A DNA stretch of 64,000 nucleotides, taken from NCBI GenBank assembly GCA_015523485.1, contig WAKH01000004.1, positions 1,667-65,666 of the forward strand, read 5' to 3'. The DNA is from Thermodiscus sp. GTDB taxonomy: Archaea > Thermoproteota > Thermoprotei_A > Sulfolobales > Acidilobaceae. Positions 61,044 through 64,000 of this stretch are shown piece after piece; within the stretch, counting starts at the first letter, position 1; each line of letters begins with the position of its first letter. The position numbers and the translations under genes are program-made. Below the pieces are notes generated by a model that did no database searches, was not told the DNA's origin, and worked only from the letters and a program-made list of their open reading frames with translations.

Positions 61044-62100
61044 GAAGTATTGTCGCGAACGCTATTAGTGCTGATGCGGCGGCGTATTCCGTAGAGAGGG
61101 TGACTCCCGGCGCGATATCAACTACCAGGTCGGCGAATCGATAGACTCCAAGCGGTATACCCTCCCTAGACCCGACGAGGATGTTGATCCTCTTACCTCT
61201 CCTGAATAGTTCCCATAGCTTGTCGGCGACCTTAGAGACTGGTTCGCCCTCTGGCTCGAGTACTATTATGATCTCGTCTCTCCTTTCGCGGACTAGTTGG
61301 TGGAGATCTTGTACATAGACCGGTACTCGCCTGGTCTTCCTGTGATAGCTCTTGGACTGTATCCGGTATCGGGATTCTATCCCCTCATGCACTCCTATGA
61401 GGAACTCTGCAAGCTGTCTCGCGTCGACCTTGCCTATCGGAGCAATTACTAGCTCTTTGACCTCGAAGTTCTGCACCTCCCTCCCTATCCTGACTCCCAT
61501 CTTCCTGCAGGCCTCTAATGGACCGAGATACGGCATCTGTATAATGCTGAGTTTCCTGAATAGCCTAGTGACATCGTGCTTACCCGGCCTCATCTTCTTC
61601 CACTCGATAGAGCCTGGGAGTATCGATATCATAGCCGTATCCTGAAGTATCTCGACCTGGACGATCTTATCTGGATAAGTTAAGTTAACGCACGCGCCAG
61701 TCGCGTTTTTCACTCTGTCGCCCACGACAACGTTCACGTCGATACTCGTGTAGTCGTGTTTACCTCGTCTAACAGTTCTCACAGCGAAACACTCATCCCT
61801 ACTTATTAGATCCCTGGCTAGATCAGCTGCCTCCGAGGCTATCTTCTCCGGTATAGCCTCGGTTATTCTATGGATGGGGATTATCCTGTCGGCTTCCACT
61901 ATCTTTTCACTAATTGCCTCGGCCTCCCCTCCCCTACACCCGCTTACTAGGACTAGGCCTTTGAAGCCTAGAGGAGAAGCCTTCGCCTTTAACCAGGGGA
62001 ATTCTTCCTCGATCCTAGCAGCAGTGACCTTCTCCATGTTGAGACTTGTCTTGACTAGGATACATGGTGTGGGATTGGAGGATGAATTCAAGTTCTCCAA
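61012..62100 (-). CDS. THUMP + SPOUT RNA methyltransferase
   Basis: THUMP FAVRTVRRGKHDY...VNLTYPD; SPOUT EPEG, VGSREGIP, D..PG.TLSTEYA. Confidence 0.85.
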   Translation of the reverse strand: MENLNSSSNPTPCILVKTSLNMEKVTAARIEEEFPWLKAKASPLGFKGLVLVSGCRGGEAEAISEKIVEADRIIPIHRITEAIPEKIASEAADLARDLISRDECFAVRTVRRGKHDYTSIDVNVVVGDRVKNATGACVNLTYPDKIVQVEILQDTAMISILPGSIEWKKMRPGKHDVTRLFRKLSIIQMPYLGPLEACRKMGVRIGREVQNFEVKELVIAPIGKVDARQLAEFLIGVHEGIESRYRIQSKSYHRKTRRVPVYVQDLHQLVRERRDEIIIVLEPEGEPVSKVADKLWELFRRGKRINILVGSREGIPLGVYRFADLVVDIAPGVTLSTEYAAASALIAFATILHDRLGGLDVE

Positions 62101-62125
62101 TCCCTCAACTAGGTTGGCGGAGGTG

Positions 62126-62782
62126 TTATCGGGCCTTTAGCTGTATTGGCGATATTACGACTGCCTTCTGGGGTCCCTCGGGGCCAGGGACCCATAGGAG
62201 CTTGGACTTGGCGATCTCGACTTTCCTTATAGCGTAGATCTTCCTCGCCGCCTCGTCAATCTCCTGTGCCAGGCTGCCCTCCTGGTCGCTGAATACCATT
62301 GCCTGTATGAACTCGTCTAGCGTGCTTTCAGCGGCCCTCCTCTCTATTATCTCCTTCATCCTCTTCCTGATCAGCTTCTTCTGACTCGTCTTACACCTGT
62401 ATCTTGTGAATACCATGGCCGTTACTCTTAGACCATAACCATCCTTAGTCCATACATCGAAGATACCCGTTATCTTGCTGCTCTTCCTCCTGGTAAGGCT
62501 ACGTATGTAGTCTCTGAGGAGCTCGTGTCCCTTGAACCTTGTGTAAGCAGTGTCTCCCTCAACCTTTACTATCTGGAAGTATAGCTTAATGTGAACGTGG
62601 GCATAGTCGCCTGTTATGTCGAAGAGTGTTACCTCCATAACCCTTCCAATCAACTTGTCCGGGTCGTCGGCTGGCGTCGTGCCCAGGGGCGCCTCACCGA
62701 AGACAGGCGGGGCTACAACATTGTACCACTTCTTCAGCCTCCACGTGTCGCCCGAAGGCCTTCCACGCCTCCTTCTAGCCAT
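62126..62782 (-). CDS. rps3ae: 30S ribosomal protein S3Ae
   Basis: DTWRLKKWY, GRVMEVTL.DITGD, RSLTRR, RKVEI. Confidence 0.96.
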   Translation of the reverse strand: MARRRRGRPSGDTWRLKKWYNVVAPPVFGEAPLGTTPADDPDKLIGRVMEVTLFDITGDYAHVHIKLYFQIVKVEGDTAYTRFKGHELLRDYIRSLTRRKSSKITGIFDVWTKDGYGLRVTAMVFTRYRCKTSQKKLIRKRMKEIIERRAAESTLDEFIQAMVFSDQEGSLAQEIDEAARKIYAIRKVEIAKSKLLWVPGPEGPQKAVVISPIQLKAR

Positions 62783-62856
62783 TTCTCATCCACCGTTACC
62801 CTTCTTACCCTTCCGAGGGAGTTGCTTGTATCTGAGTTTAAAGGTGTTATTACCTT

Positions 62857-63108
62857 TTACTCTAGGGAATCAAGCGCTGCGCGAATTGATATTAGTAAAT
62901 CATCCACTGTGTTTCTAAGTGTTAGTATACGCTTCGGATCACTGCATCCTTCCACAGTTACTTCACACTCTAAATTGCCCTGGACCTCTTTACATGAGAC
63001 TGAAAGATATGGAGGCGTTCTCTGGTTATCTGGCTGGAGAGCTCTCGCCACGTGGCTGCTGAAAGGTGTTGGTACCTGAATTCTAGCTATGCAGATTCCT
63101 TCACGCAT
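62857..63108 (-). CDS. KEOPS Pcc1 paralog (Pcc2-like)
   Basis: ALQPDN and LRNTVDDLL; lies between the RecJ-like gene and rps3ae. Confidence 0.75.
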   Translation of the reverse strand: MREGICIARIQVPTPFSSHVARALQPDNQRTPPYLSVSCKEVQGNLECEVTVEGCSDPKRILTLRNTVDDLLISIRAALDSLE

Positions 63109-64000
63109 AGGCTCAGACCTACCTCCTCCACGGCCTTTACATCGACTAGCTTCTTAGCCTCCCCGTATCCGAGGGCCTCTTCTACTTGTAGGGTCGATGC
63201 GCATAGCTTGCCGTTAACCTCGAATAATAAAGGTGAATCGCCTACGCGGCCGCTAAGCTTTAGAGCACGCCACATGAAGAGCGGCGAAGTCTTCGACTCT
63301 GATACTATCTTGTATCCTCTGATCCAAGGCTGAACCTTAGTCTTGACGAGCTTGATACCCTCAATTATATCCGCAAAGTACGACGATATATCAATGTGAT
63401 AGTCTTCGACTTTCTCGATTACTGTATCTAACTGTGAAGCTATAGAGACTATTGGCGTCAGGTCCCTCTCAAGGTCTATTGCATATAGTATGCTATTCGC
63501 CCGTAATCTTGGATCAAAGTTTAGGACTCTAGATAAGGTGAGCCCAGCAACATATTCTCCGACATCCACGTCACGCCCAACAACCTCCCTTATGTGGGAT
63601 AGTATAATTAGGGCAGCTTTCTCTAACTCCTCACGCTTCAGGGTCGCGACCACCCTCCCTGCTAGATCTCCAGCACCATTGCCCTGTAGAAGGTCTACGC
63701 ATCCCTCAGGATCGCCTGTCAACCCCGGATAATATGGGTCGATTGTCTTGGATATTGCCTGGCATAGTGTCATACTCATAGGCTTGTAAACCTTCAGGGT
63801 GTTTAGTATCTCGAGGCCAGTATCGGCTTCCACTAGAGCGTCGTATAAGAGCTTGTCTAAACCATGCATCTTCCCAGTCTTCTCAATGAATCCGCCCCAA
63901 TACGTAGCGGAGAATAGTAAGAGGAGGTATTCTCTCCTCCCATAACTGGCTCCAGCCTTAGACATCATTAGTCCGAGCATCGCCGGAACGCTTCCCTGAC
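63087..64000 (-). CDS. RecJ/Cdc45-like DHH-family protein, 3' part (frame open to the right edge)
   Basis: TIDPYYPGLTGD..C motif; conserved recJ-pcc-rps3ae context. Confidence 0.55.
   Translation of the reverse strand, partial: QGSVPAMLGLMMSKAGASYGRREYLLLLFSATYWGGFIEKTGKMHGLDKLLYDALVEADTGLEILNTLKVYKPMSMTLCQAISKTIDPYYPGLTGDPEGCVDLLQGNGAGDLAGRVVATLKREELEKAALIILSHIREVVGRDVDVGEYVAGLTLSRVLNFDPRLRANSILYAIDLERDLTPIVSIASQLDTVIEKVEDYHIDISSYFADIIEGIKLVKTKVQPWIRGYKIVSESKTSPLFMWRALKLSGRVGDSPLLFEVNGKLCASTLQVEEALGYGEAKKLVDVKAVEEVGLSLCVKESA

Noticed and set aside
1..64000. CRISPR arrays, tRNA/rRNA genes, IS elements, proviral or defence genes
   Set aside because: Intergenic gaps are all under ~180 nt with no spaced repeats or tRNA cloverleaf; no transposase, integrase or cas-like ORF seen
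1..64000. Impression of higher GC in the right half (possible chimeric assembly)
   Set aside because: Spot counts of 60-nt lines overlapped between halves and gene order is continuous; needs a computed GC/GC3 profile before any claim

Overview
This is a gene-dense core-genome segment of a hyperthermophilic crenarchaeon. Protein style and gene order suggest Desulfurococcales, close to Aeropyrum (inference). About 70 CDS are present, mostly on the minus strand, with only short intergenic gaps. In order it contains: udp (partial), tyrS, dnaG, polB3, tmk; the archaeal (modified) mevalonate pathway genes (AcnX-type phosphomevalonate dehydratase L/S and a UbiD-type decarboxylase) with a ROK kinase; a small accessory patch (DUF2797-like, maltokinase-like, Pat-like GNAT); mptA-pheT-pheS; the rps13...rps2-MEMO1-[degenerate mvk-like]-ipk-fni-gds-DUF2118-gltX superoperon; rpl7ae/ppa; an 11-subunit complex I-like nuo operon with no NuoEFG in the window; EF-2; the exosome/proteasome superoperon, split around psmA/pop5; ychF; rpl15e-rpp30; and a radical SAM-glmU-SPOUT-rps3ae-pcc2-recJ-like block. 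I saw no rRNA, tRNA, CRISPR array, transposase, integrase or intein, and no clearly new multi-gene system. The best leads are an unannotated C/D-box sRNA (54575-54631), a k-turn over the rpl7ae SD, structured leaders before dnaG and rpl15e, a motif-less GHMP-like gene in the mevalonate-kinase slot, a possible Zn-ribbon Pat acetyltransferase, a truncated maltokinase-like gene and a Pop5 with an N-terminal hydrophobic helix. All calls come from motif recognition and synteny read by eye; no searches were run.
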